From Isoptericola halotolerans (lineage in GTDB: Bacteria; Actinomycetota; Actinomycetes; Actinomycetales; Cellulomonadaceae), in NCBI RefSeq assembly GCF_013149785.1, contig NZ_JABEZU010000002.1, positions 124,001-188,000 of the forward strand: 64,000 nucleotides of DNA, in the 5' to 3' direction. The translations under genes and the position numbers were made by a program. Of this stretch, positions 38,113 to 47,546 are shown piece after piece; the first letter of the stretch is position 1, and each line of letters opens with the position of its first letter. The notes under the pieces are model-generated. The model saw only the letters and a list, made by a program, of their open reading frames with translations. It ran no database searches and had not been told where the DNA came from.

Positions 38113-39411
38113 GTGACCTCCCCGCCGCCGGCCTCTGCCTCGTCGAGCCCTCCGCCGAACGCCCTGTCGGGCACCTCGTCCTCCCGTCTGGCCGCCTCGT
38201 TGGGCGGCGCCCGCGGGGTGGAGATGTACACGCGGATCAGCCTGTACCTCTTCGTCCCGCTGGAGGCACTCTTCTACCTCTACGCGGTCGTCGCGCTGTC
38301 GCAGAGCCCCGACCCCCTCCCGCCGGCCCTGGGGTTGGGGGCGCTCGCCGTCGCCGCGGTCGTCCATGTCGGGCTGGCGTTCGCGACGGTGCACGTCGGC
38401 TTCGACCGCCCGCTGGTCGCAGGTGGCAGGCTGCACCCGGTCGTGATCGGCCTGCTCGCCGCCACCGCCGTGGTCGTCGTCCTCGCCCTGGTGGTGCTGC
38501 CCGGTACGTCCACGGACGCGCTGCGCCTCGACGCGCGTGCCATGACGATCGCGGTCTGCGGCGCCGCGACCTGCGGGGCGCTGGCCATCGGCTTCGCGAT
38601 CCGGCCCCTCGCCGTCGTGGCGCTCTGGGTGCCGATCGTCGTCCTCGCCTCCTGGGTCCTGGACGGGTCGTTCAGCAGCGGTGCCGTCGTCGGCGCGGCC
38701 CTCCTCTACGCGCTCGTGCTCTTCTGGACGGGGACCGTCCGCATCTCGATGTGGATCGTCGAGGTGGTCCGCGAGCTCGAGGAGGCCAGCGAGGTCGCCG
38801 GACGGCTCGCCGTCGCCGAGGAGCGGCTGCGGATCTCTCGTGACATGCACGACGTCGTCGGACGGGCGCTGTCCGCCGTCGCCGTGAAGAGCGACCTGGC
38901 CGCGGCCCTGTCCCGTCGAGGCGATGCGCGGGCTGCGGACGAGATGGACGAGGTGCGCACGCTGGCCCAGGAGTCGCTGCGCGAGGTACGCGGCGTCGTC
39001 GCGGGCTACCGGGCGGCCGACCTGGCGACGGAGTTCGCGGGTGCGCGTGCCGTCCTGCGGGCCGCCGGGATCACCGTCCGGGCCGCGAGCGACGTGCCGT
39101 CGCTGGCGGCGACCCAGCAGGAGGCGCTGGCCTGGGTCGTCCGCGAGGCGGTGACGAACGTGGTCCGCCACTCGCGCGCCACCGAGTGCCGGCTGGAGCT
39201 GGAGGTCGACGACGAGTCCGCCGTCCTGCGTGTCACCAACGACGGCGTCGCGGCCCCGAGAGGCACCACGGCGGGGCTCGGCGACGGGACCGGGCTCGCC
39301 GGCCTGCGCGAACGTCTCGCCGCGGTCCGCGGCACCCTCGACACCACCCTCGACGGCGACCGGTTCACGGTCACCGCCCGTGTCCCGAACCCTCCCGGAG
39401 CGACCTCATGA
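38113..39411 (+). CDS. Sensor histidine kinase (DesK-like, HisKA_3)
   Basis: N-terminal TMs; ERLRISRDMHDVVG, REAVTNVVRHS, NDG, GTGLAGLRERL. Confidence 0.92.
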   Translation: MTSPPPASASSSPPPNALSGTSSSRLAASLGGARGVEMYTRISLYLFVPLEALFYLYAVVALSQSPDPLPPALGLGALAVAAVVHVGLAFATVHVGFDRPLVAGGRLHPVVIGLLAATAVVVVLALVVLPGTSTDALRLDARAMTIAVCGAATCGALAIGFAIRPLAVVALWVPIVVLASWVLDGSFSSGAVVGAALLYALVLFWTGTVRISMWIVEVVRELEEASEVAGRLAVAEERLRISRDMHDVVGRALSAVAVKSDLAAALSRRGDARAADEMDEVRTLAQESLREVRGVVAGYRAADLATEFAGARAVLRAAGITVRAASDVPSLAATQQEALAWVVREAVTNVVRHSRATECRLELEVDDESAVLRVTNDGVAAPRGTTAGLGDGTGLAGLRERLAAVRGTLDTTLDGDRFTVTARVPNPPGATS

Positions 39412-40013
39412 TCCGTATCGTCCTGGCCGACGACGAGACCCTCATCCGTGACGCCGTGGCGCAGCTCCTCGGGCTGGAGGAGGACCTGGACGTGGTCGCC
39501 GTGGCCGGCAGCGGGCCGGAGGCGATCGCCGTGGTGCAGCGCCACCGGCCCGACGTCGCGGTCCTCGACCTGCAGATGCCGGGGGCGGACGGCATCGAGG
39601 TGGCGGAGGCCGTGCGCCGGGACGTCCCGGAGTGCGCGATCATCATCGTCACCGGGCACGGCCGGCCGGGTCATCTGAAGAAGGCTCTCGGCGCGGGCGT
39701 GCGGGGCTTCCTGCCCAAGACGGTCTCGGCGACCGTGCTGGCGGGTGCGATCCGGCAGGTGGCCGAGGGCGGGCGGTACGTGGACCCGGAGCTCGCCGCC
39801 GACGCGATCTCTGCCGGGGACTCACCGCTGACCGCGCGGGAGGCGGACGTGCTGGAGCTGGCTGCCGACGGCGCGCCGGTGGAGGAGATCGCCGTGCGAG
39901 CCTCGCTGGCCCCCGGGACGGTGCGCAACTACCTGTCGTCGGCCGTGGCGAAGCTCGGCGTCGCGAACCGGCACGAGGCGGTCCGGGCGGCGCGGGCCAA
40001 GGGCTGGATCTGA
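39408..40013 (+). CDS. Response regulator (DesR/NarL family)
   Basis: LADDE, VLDLQMPG, LTAREADVL, GTVRNYLS. Confidence 0.94.
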   Translation: MIRIVLADDETLIRDAVAQLLGLEEDLDVVAVAGSGPEAIAVVQRHRPDVAVLDLQMPGADGIEVAEAVRRDVPECAIIIVTGHGRPGHLKKALGAGVRGFLPKTVSATVLAGAIRQVAEGGRYVDPELAADAISAGDSPLTAREADVLELAADGAPVEEIAVRASLAPGTVRNYLSSAVAKLGVANRHEAVRAARAKGWI

Positions 40014-40078
40014 GGGCCCTGAGCGGTGGTTGCGTCAGGCACCGGTGCCCGGGTGCTGAGACCGTGACCCGGTAACGA

Positions 40079-40097
40079 TGAGGTGAGCCTTACCTTA
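40079..40097. promoter_or_regulatory. IdeR/DtxR/DmdR iron box
   Basis: TGAGGTGAGCCTTACCTTA versus consensus TTAGGTTAGGCTAACCTAA, upstream of an iron ABC operon. Confidence 0.85.
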
Positions 40098-40148
40098 TGA
40101 TCGGCCACGGGGACTCGCCCCCGGTACTCCGATCCCGAAGGAACACCC

Positions 40149-41216
40149 ATGCGACTCCGACGCACTCTCGGCGCGGTCACCTCGGCGGCGCTCGTCGCCG
40201 CCCTCGCGGCCTGCGGCACCGACGAGGCAGCCGACGCTGCCGACGCCGACGCCGCCACAGCCGCTGACGCGGCAGGCGACGGCGAGGCGCTGGTCATCTA
40301 CTCCGGCCGCAACGAGGACCTCGTCGGCCCGCTCCTCGACGACCTCGAGGCAGCCGTGGGCGTCCCCGTCGAGGTCCGCTACGCGGACTCCGCCGAGCTG
40401 GCCGCCCAGCTCGCCGAGGAGGGCGACCGCACCCCCGCGGACGTGTTCTTCTCCCAGGACGCCGGCGCCCTCGGCGCGCTCGCCAAGGCCGGGCTGCTCG
40501 CCGAGCTGCCCGACGACGTCACCGCCGCCGTCCGGGACGACCTGAAGGACGCCAGCGGCTCGTGGGTGGCGACGTCCGCCCGGGCGCGCGTGCTCGTGCA
40601 CGACGCCGACGCCGCACCCGAGGTGACCGGGTTCGACTCGGTCGACGACCTGCTCGACCCCGCCTACACCGGCAAGATCGGCTACGCGCCGACCAACGCC
40701 TCCTGGCAGTCGTTCGTCACGGCGCTGCGCGTGATGCGCGGCGAGGACGGCGCCGAGGAGTGGCTGACGCAGTTCGCCGCCCTCGAGCCCGTCGACTACG
40801 AGAAGAACGGTGCTGTGCTGCAGGCCGTCAACGACGGCGAGGTGGCCGTCGGCCTCATCAACCACTACTACTGGTACCCGCTCGCCGCCGAGCTCGGCGA
40901 GGAGAGCATGAACGCCCAGATCCACTTCCTCGACGCGGACGACCCGGGCGCGCTCATCAACGTCGCCGGTGCCGGGACGCTCGCCGCGAGCGACCAGCCC
41001 GACGCCGCCGCCGCGGCCGTCGCCTACCTGCTCTCCGAGGACGCCCAGCAGTACTTCGCCGACGAGACCGCCGAGCTGCCGGTGGTCGAGGGCGTCACGA
41101 GCACGGTCTACGACGTCGGGTCGCTCGACGAGATGACCGGTGCGCGCCTCGACCTCAACGACCTCGACTCGCTGCCCGAGACGCAGGCGCTGCTCGAGAA
41201 GGTCGGGCTGCTCTGA
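40149..41216 (+). CDS. Fe3+ ABC transporter substrate-binding lipoprotein (FbpA/AfuA-like)
   Basis: LAAC lipobox; YSGRNE, EGDRTPADVF, APTNASWQ, LINHYYW. Confidence 0.92.
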   Translation: MRLRRTLGAVTSAALVAALAACGTDEAADAADADAATAADAAGDGEALVIYSGRNEDLVGPLLDDLEAAVGVPVEVRYADSAELAAQLAEEGDRTPADVFFSQDAGALGALAKAGLLAELPDDVTAAVRDDLKDASGSWVATSARARVLVHDADAAPEVTGFDSVDDLLDPAYTGKIGYAPTNASWQSFVTALRVMRGEDGAEEWLTQFAALEPVDYEKNGAVLQAVNDGEVAVGLINHYYWYPLAAELGEESMNAQIHFLDADDPGALINVAGAGTLAASDQPDAAAAAVAYLLSEDAQQYFADETAELPVVEGVTSTVYDVGSLDEMTGARLDLNDLDSLPETQALLEKVGLL

Positions 41217-41263
41217 CCCTCCGCCCCGGGGGCCGACGGCTCCGCCGACCCAGGACCCTCGAG

Positions 41264-42781
41264 GTGCTGGCGGTCGCCGTCGCCCTCGTGGCGCTGGTCC
41301 CGGTGGCCTACCTCCTGCTGCGCACCGGGGAGGCCGGCGTCGAGCGGGTCGTCGAGATCGTCTGGCGCGAGCGCACCGCCGCCCTGGTGCTGCGCAGCCT
41401 CGCGCTGACGGCCTCGGTGACGGCGGCGTGCCTGGTCGTCGGGGTGACCTCCGCCGCGCTCCTGACACGCACGACCGTGCGTCACCGACGCTTCTGGACC
41501 GTCGTGGCCACCCTGCCGCTCGCCGTGCCGAGCTACGTCGCGGCCTACGCATGGGTCTCGACGTTCGGCAGCGAGGTCACCGGCTACGGCGGGTCGGTCC
41601 TGGTACTCACCGCCTGCACCTACCCGCTCGTGATGCTGCCGACGATGGCGGCGCTGCAGCGCACCGACCCGTCGCTCGAGGAGGTCGCCCGGTCGCACGG
41701 GCGCTCCCCGCTGCGCACCTTCGTGACCGTCACGCTGCGGCAGGCGCGCCCGGCCGTCGCAGCAGGTTCCCTGCTGGTCGCCCTTTACACCCTGAGCGAC
41801 TTCGGAGCGGTGTCGATCCTGCGCTACGACGTCTTCACGCGGGTCATCTACACGTCCTACCGGGCCGCCTTCGACCGCACCCCGGCGGCCGTGCTGTCGC
41901 TGCTGCTGGTCGTCATCACGGTGGCGATCACCGTCGCCGAGTCACGCAGCCGCGGTCGGGCCGAGCAGGTCCGGGTCGGCGCCGGGGTCAGCCGGCCGCC
42001 GCTGCGTGCGAGCCTCGGCAGGCGAGGCCAGGCGCTGGCGACGACCTGGCTCGTCGTCGTCGCCGCCGTCGCCGTCGGTTTTCCCGTGGCGTCCCTGAGC
42101 TTCTGGCTGCTGCGCGGGCGGAGCGCCGGCGCCGGGCTCGACCGACTGTTCGGCGCGGCGTCCGCGACCCTGGGCGTGAGCCTGCTCGCGGCGCTCGTCG
42201 CCGTCGCGATGGCGCTGCCCGTCGGCATCCTCGCCGCCCGGCACCGCACCCGGCTGGTGCGCCTGACGGAGCACGCCTCCTACGCGGGCCACGCCCTGCC
42301 GGGCATCGTCGTCGCGCTCGCCATGGTGTTCTTCGGCGTGCGGGTGGTCCCCGGCCTCTACCAGCAGGTGCCGCTGCTCGTCCTGACCTACGCGATCCTG
42401 TTCCTGCCGGCGGCGGTCGGCGTGGTGCGTGCGTCGGTCGCCCTGTCGTCGCCCCACGGCGAGGAGATCGCCCGCTCGCTCGGGCACACGTCCTGGGGGG
42501 TGCTGCGCCGGGTGACCGTACCGCTCGCGGCACCGGGCATCGGTGCCGGCGCGGCGCTGGTGATGCTCACCTGCATGAAGGAGCTGCCCGCCACGCTCCT
42601 GCTGCGCCCCACGGGGATGGACACGCTCGCCACCCGGCTGTGGACGCACACCTCCGTCGACGAGTACGCCGCCGCCGCCCCCTACGCGGCGGCCCTGGTG
42701 CTGCTGGCCGTCGTCCCGACCCTGTTCATGTCGCGCGAGCACCTCTCGCGCACCCCCACCACCGCGCTGGAGCCCTCGTGA
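41264..42781 (+). CDS. Fe3+ ABC transporter permease (FbpB-like); start uncertain (GTG 41264 or in-frame CTG 41213)
   Basis: LPLAVPSYV, two EAA-like loops, SDFGAVSILR, MKELPATLLLRP. Confidence 0.88.
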   Translation: MLAVAVALVALVPVAYLLLRTGEAGVERVVEIVWRERTAALVLRSLALTASVTAACLVVGVTSAALLTRTTVRHRRFWTVVATLPLAVPSYVAAYAWVSTFGSEVTGYGGSVLVLTACTYPLVMLPTMAALQRTDPSLEEVARSHGRSPLRTFVTVTLRQARPAVAAGSLLVALYTLSDFGAVSILRYDVFTRVIYTSYRAAFDRTPAAVLSLLLVVITVAITVAESRSRGRAEQVRVGAGVSRPPLRASLGRRGQALATTWLVVVAAVAVGFPVASLSFWLLRGRSAGAGLDRLFGAASATLGVSLLAALVAVAMALPVGILAARHRTRLVRLTEHASYAGHALPGIVVALAMVFFGVRVVPGLYQQVPLLVLTYAILFLPAAVGVVRASVALSSPHGEEIARSLGHTSWGVLRRVTVPLAAPGIGAGAALVMLTCMKELPATLLLRPTGMDTLATRLWTHTSVDEYAAAAPYAAALVLLAVVPTLFMSREHLSRTPTTALEPS

Positions 42782-43827
42782 GCACGTTGACCATCACCGG
42801 GCTGCGCAAGTCCTTCGGCGAGACCACCGTGCTGTCCGGTGTGGCGCTGGAGGTGGCCCAGGGCTCGTTGACGGCGGTGCTCGGGCCCTCCGGCTGCGGC
42901 AAGACGACGCTGCTGCGGACGGTCGCGGGCTTCGAGCGGCCGGACGCCGGCGTGGTGCGTCTCGGTGACGTGGAGGTCGTCGGGCCACGGACCTGGCTGC
43001 CGCCCGAGCGGCGCAAGGTCGGTGTCGTGCCGCAGGAGGGAACGCTCTTCCCGCACCTCGACGTCGCCCAGAACGTGGGCTTCGGCCTGCCGCGTCGGTC
43101 GCCCGGGCGGCGCGAGCGGATCATGCAGGTGCTCGACGTCGTCGGGCTGGCCGACCTCGCCGGCCGACGGCCGCACGAGCTCTCCGGCGGGCAGCAGCAA
43201 CGCGTCGCGCTCGCCCGCGCGCTGGCACCCGAACCCGAGGTGGTGCTGCTCGACGAGCCGTTCAGCGCGCTCGACGCCGGGCTGCGGGTCGCCCTGCGCG
43301 AGGACGTGCGGGCCGCCCTGCAGCAGGTCGGCGCGACCGCGGTGCTGGTCACCCACGACCAGGAGGAGGCCCTCAGCATCGCCGACGAGGTGGCCGTCAT
43401 GCGTGCCGGCGTCGTCGTGCAGCACGGCAGGCCGCAGGACGTCTACCTGCGGCCTGCCGACCTGGGTGTGGCGCGCTTCGTCGGGGAGGCCGTGGTGCTG
43501 GAGGCCCGCCGCAGCGACACCAACCGGGTGACCACGATGCTGGGGCCGCTGCACGTCCTGGGGCCGACGCCCACCGGCGAGACCGGTCGGGTCGTGCTGC
43601 GGCCCGAGCAGATCCACCTCGTCCCGCCCGGCGAGGGGACGGCGGCCGTGGTGGAACGCACGGTGTTCCACGGCCACGACTCGACCGTGCACCTGCGGGT
43701 GCACCCCGCCGGGACACGCCCCGGCAGCCCGGCCTCCGCACCGATCATCTGCCGTGTGCAGGGCTCGGTCCCCGAGCACACCGAGGTGGCGGTGCGGGTC
43801 GAGGGTCCCGTCGTCTGGTTCGCCTGA
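42778..43827 (+). CDS. Fe3+ ABC transporter ATP-binding protein (FbpC-like)
   Basis: GPSGCGKT, LSGGQQQRVALARAL, LLDEPFSALD, VTHDQEEA and a TOBE-like tail. Confidence 0.92.
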   Translation: MSTLTITGLRKSFGETTVLSGVALEVAQGSLTAVLGPSGCGKTTLLRTVAGFERPDAGVVRLGDVEVVGPRTWLPPERRKVGVVPQEGTLFPHLDVAQNVGFGLPRRSPGRRERIMQVLDVVGLADLAGRRPHELSGGQQQRVALARALAPEPEVVLLDEPFSALDAGLRVALREDVRAALQQVGATAVLVTHDQEEALSIADEVAVMRAGVVVQHGRPQDVYLRPADLGVARFVGEAVVLEARRSDTNRVTTMLGPLHVLGPTPTGETGRVVLRPEQIHLVPPGEGTAAVVERTVFHGHDSTVHLRVHPAGTRPGSPASAPIICRVQGSVPEHTEVAVRVEGPVVWFA

Positions 43828-43856
43828 TCGCCGGGCGGTGCGGTCGGCAGCTTGCA

Positions 43857-43888
43857 CTCCGCTCGGCAGCTCGAGCTGCCGAGCGGAG
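43857..43888. repeat. Perfect 32-bp palindrome (terminator or REP-like)
   Basis: CTCCGCTCGGCAGCTC|GAGCTGCCGAGCGGAG. Confidence 0.8.
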
Positions 43889-43958
43889 CGCGATGTGCCG
43901 AGTGGAGGCGCCGGCCGGCGCGGCGTCCGGTGTCCCCGGCGCCCCGTAGGCTGAGCGC

Positions 43959-44558
43959 GTGTACGAAGGCGCGGTCCAGGACCTGATCGACGAGCTCGGC
44001 CGGCTTCCCGGCGTCGGGCCCAAGAGCGCGCAACGGATCGCGTTCCACCTGCTCGCTGCGGATGCTGCGGACGTGCGCCGGCTCGCCGACGCGCTCACCG
44101 AGGTCAAGCTGCGGGTGCAGTTCTGCGAGGTGTGCGGCAACGTCGCGGAGTCCGAGCGCTGTCGCATCTGCTCCGACCCCCGCCGCGGGGACGACGTCAT
44201 CTGCGTGGTGGAGGAGCCGAAGGACGTCGTCGCGATCGAGCGCACCCGCGAGTTCCGTGGCAGGTACCACGTGCTCGGCGGCGCGATCAACCCGCTGGAC
44301 AACGTCGGGCCCGACGACCTGCGGATCTCCGAGCTGATGACGCGGCTGGCCGACGGCGCGGTCACCGAGGTCATCATCGCCACCGACCCGAACGTCGAGG
44401 GCGAGGCGACCGCCACCTACCTCTCGCGGCTCATCGGACCGATGGGGCTCACCGTGTCCCGCCTCGCCTCCGGGCTGCCCGTCGGCGGAGACCTGGAGTA
44501 CGCCGACGAGGTCACGCTCGGCCGGGCGTTCGAGGGCCGCCGCGTCGTCGGCAGCTGA
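43959..44558 (+). CDS. recR: Recombination mediator RecR
   Basis: [11 protein letters not shown]hH, C4 zinc finger, Toprim [12 protein letters not shown]; -10 TAGGCT, leaderless. Confidence 0.97.
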   Translation: MYEGAVQDLIDELGRLPGVGPKSAQRIAFHLLAADAADVRRLADALTEVKLRVQFCEVCGNVAESERCRICSDPRRGDDVICVVEEPKDVVAIERTREFRGRYHVLGGAINPLDNVGPDDLRISELMTRLADGAVTEVIIATDPNVEGEATATYLSRLIGPMGLTVSRLASGLPVGGDLEYADEVTLGRAFEGRRVVGS

Positions 44559-44657
44559 CCGGGCCCGCCGAGCCGATGTCCATGTCGGCCGGACGGCGTC
44601 TGGCGCTCCCCGGGTGACAGGGGTGAGACTGGGAGCACCACACCGGGCGCAGGAAAG

Positions 44658-45236
44658 GTGAGCACCGTGCCAGAGATCTCCGCCGACTCGGAGCTGCGAG
44701 ATGTCGCCGAGCAGATGTCCGCGCAGGCGCGGACCTTCCTGTCGACGACGTCGCAGGTCGCCTCGGGAGGGTTCCCCGGTGCCGAGCTGTCCCTGCTGAT
44801 CCTCGCCACGTCCGACCTGCTGGCCGCCGGGGCACGGCTCGCCGCGATCACCGACGTCGTCCCCGTCGAGCGCTTCGAGCCCGACGCGGGGCGCGAGACC
44901 GACATGGACCCGCTACGGATCGCCCTGGCGCAGATGTTCGACGGGTTCGACGACTACGTCGAGGTCTCCGACCCCGTGCTGAGCGCCGACGTCGCACCCG
45001 CCGCGCTCTCCGGCGACCTCGCCTGCGTCGCCGACGAGATCGCCAAGGGCCTGCAGCACTTCGACGACGGCCACGAGCTCGAGGGCCTGTGGTGGTGGCA
45101 GTTCAGCTATCTGTCGAGCTGGGGCGAGCGGGCGTCGTCGGCCCTGCGGGTGCTGCAGGGCGTGCTCGCCCACCTGCGCCTCGACGTCGCGGACGACGTC
45201 GCCGCCGAGGCGGAGTACGACGCACTGCACGCCTGA
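44658..45236 (+). CDS. DUF5063 family protein
   Basis: GARLAAITDV, RFEPD, LWWWQFSYLSSWG; usual neighbour of recR. Confidence 0.85.
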   Translation: MSTVPEISADSELRDVAEQMSAQARTFLSTTSQVASGGFPGAELSLLILATSDLLAAGARLAAITDVVPVERFEPDAGRETDMDPLRIALAQMFDGFDDYVEVSDPVLSADVAPAALSGDLACVADEIAKGLQHFDDGHELEGLWWWQFSYLSSWGERASSALRVLQGVLAHLRLDVADDVAAEAEYDALHA

Positions 45237-45282
45237 ACGTGCCGGCAGGGATGACCTGCCGGCACGTCCTGTCGCCACGGCA

Positions 45283-46443
45283 TCAGGCGACGCGGGTGCC
45301 CTTCGGGAGGCGCTGGGCGGGGATGCGGAGGCGTCGGACGGCGGTGACGACGCCCCCCGCCCCGAGCAGCAGGTAGATCCCCAGCCCCCACGGCCACACG
45401 AGCGACTCGCTCGGCTGCGGCTCCTCGACGGGAGGGTCGGCGGACAGGTCGCCCCCGGTCGAGAACCACATGTCGCCGCACCAGTCCTGCTCGGCGGCAG
45501 GTCCGGTGCGGGCGTACCGGACCCCGTACTGGATCAGCGTCAGCGGGTCCGCGGCGTTCTCGAACTCCTCGGTCCCTGGGAGCGGCTGGGCGTCGGCGAC
45601 GATGACGAAGGGGTTGGCCGCGAGCAGCCACCAGGTGCGTTCCGAGTGGAAGACCTCCTGCTCCTGCATGCGCCACTCGCACTCGGGCGGCGCCGAGTCC
45701 TCCCAGTCGTAGTCGACCGGCACGTCCCAGGTGCGCACCTGCTCGGTGGTGGTCACGAGCGGCACGCTCAGCCCGAAGAGGACCAGCGTCAGCACCGACA
45801 GCCCGCCCACCGTGAGGTAGGTGAGCACGGCCGAGCCGGAGGTCTTGGCGGTCAGCGTCGAGAACCCGAGGCCCACCGCGCAGACGATGCCGAGCACGAT
45901 CCCGAGCACCACCAGCACCGAGACGAGCGACCAGAACGGGAGCCCGCCGACGGCGAAGGCCCAGAGGATGAAGGGCACGCTCGCAGCGAGGAAGGCCAGT
46001 GCTGCCAGCCAGGCGGAGAGCAGCTTGCCGACCACGATCTCCGCCGGGGTGAGCAGCGTCGCCTGCAGCGTCGCGAGCGTCCCCGCAGAACGGTCGCCGT
46101 TGATCGCGGGTGCGGTGAGCGCCGGTGCGACGAGCAGCCCGAGGAACAGCACGAAGAACACCACGACGCCGAACATGGTGCGTCCGGCGCCCTCGGCCCC
46201 CATCGACGGGTCGGCGAAGATCATGCTCACGGCGCCGGACGTGAGCAGGGTGACCAGCCCGACCGCCACGAACCAGACGACGAGCGCGACCTTCCATCGC
46301 GTCGAACGGATCCGTTGGCGCAGCTCCAGCTGCGTCACGGTGCGCACACCCTGCCAGGACAGCGACCAGTCGCTGCCGGGCACCTTCGGGGGCGTGGTGC
46401 CCGACGCCGGGGCCTCCGTGCCTCGCTCGGCCGCGATGCTCAT
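45283..46443 (-). CDS. ABC transporter permease
   Basis: LELRQR, PALTAPAINGDRSAGTL, IVVGKLL, NPFV; start MSIAAERG. Confidence 0.85.
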   Translation of the reverse strand: MSIAAERGTEAPASGTTPPKVPGSDWSLSWQGVRTVTQLELRQRIRSTRWKVALVVWFVAVGLVTLLTSGAVSMIFADPSMGAEGAGRTMFGVVVFFVLFLGLLVAPALTAPAINGDRSAGTLATLQATLLTPAEIVVGKLLSAWLAALAFLAASVPFILWAFAVGGLPFWSLVSVLVVLGIVLGIVCAVGLGFSTLTAKTSGSAVLTYLTVGGLSVLTLVLFGLSVPLVTTTEQVRTWDVPVDYDWEDSAPPECEWRMQEQEVFHSERTWWLLAANPFVIVADAQPLPGTEEFENAADPLTLIQYGVRYARTGPAAEQDWCGDMWFSTGGDLSADPPVEEPQPSESLVWPWGLGIYLLLGAGGVVTAVRRLRIPAQRLPKGTRVA

Positions 46444-47363
46444 CGTCGTTCCTCCTCGAGTCGCAGATAGGCCTGCTCCAGGGCGCCACCGGCCGGGGCC
46501 AGGCTGACCACCGGGACGTCGGCGGCGACCGCGTCGCGCAGCAGCGCCGCCGCCGCCTCGTCGCCGTCCAGGTCGACCAGGGCGGAGCCGTCGACCTCCA
46601 GCCGTGCGGTGATGCCGGCGGCCGTCAACCAGTCCGCCAGCGCACCGGGGGAGAGCGCCGCGATCCGCCATGCCCGGAGCTCGGCCGCGGCGTCGTCCAC
46701 CGACTGCGACCGCACGGTGCGTCCCTGGGACAGGAAGACGGCGTCGTCGGCCATCTCGTCGAGCTCGGTCAGCACGTGCGAGCTGATGAGCACGGTCTTG
46801 CCCGCGCCGGCCAGCCGGCGCACCAGCCGGCGCAGGTCGACGCGCGACCGCGGGTCCAGGCCCGAGGCCGGTTCGTCGAGCAGCAGCACGTCGGGGTCGT
46901 GCACGAGCGCCCGGGCCAGGCCGAGGCGCTGCTTCTGGCCCCGGGAGAGCACGTGCGCGGGAGAGTCGGCGAGGTCGGTGAGGTGCACCAGCTCGAGCAG
47001 CTCGACGGCGCGGCGGGCGCCGTCGTCGGGCGCCATGCGGTACGCCGCGGCGACCGTGGTGAGCACCTCGCGGGCCGTCAGGGACTCCCACGTGCCGAAC
47101 ACGTCGGGCATCCAGCCGATCCGCGCGCGGGCCGCCCGACCGTCGACGGCGGGGTCGAGACCGGCGACCCGGACCTCCCCGGCGTCGGGGGCGAGCAGCC
47201 CGGCGAGCATCAGCAGCAGGGTCGTCTTGCCGGACCCGTTGGGGCCCACGAGGGCCGTCACCCGTCCCGGCCGGGCGTCGAGGTCGACGCTCGTCACCGC
47301 CTGCACCGTCCCGAACGCGCGGCGTACTCCGCGCGTCCTGATCCCACCCTCGTCATCGGTCAT
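46440..47363 (-). CDS. ABC transporter ATP-binding protein
   Basis: GPNGSGKT, LSRGQKQRL, LLDEPASGLDP, SSHVL. Confidence 0.92.
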   Translation of the reverse strand: MTDDEGGIRTRGVRRAFGTVQAVTSVDLDARPGRVTALVGPNGSGKTTLLLMLAGLLAPDAGEVRVAGLDPAVDGRAARARIGWMPDVFGTWESLTAREVLTTVAAAYRMAPDDGARRAVELLELVHLTDLADSPAHVLSRGQKQRLGLARALVHDPDVLLLDEPASGLDPRSRVDLRRLVRRLAGAGKTVLISSHVLTELDEMADDAVFLSQGRTVRSQSVDDAAAELRAWRIAALSPGALADWLTAAGITARLEVDGSALVDLDGDEAAAALLRDAVAADVPVVSLAPAGGALEQAYLRLEEERR

Positions 47364-47546
47364 GCGACGAAACCTACGGCGTGACGCGAGGGCCCGGCGT
47401 CATCCTGGCGGATGATCTTTGCGGGCCGACCTGCGACGACGCCTCGCCACCGCCGCGCCATCCGGTGTTCACCCGTCGGCGCCGTTCTCGCTACCGAGGG
47501 CCCCTAGCGTGCGACGCGACCCTGTCGTCCCACACCGGAGGCTCCC

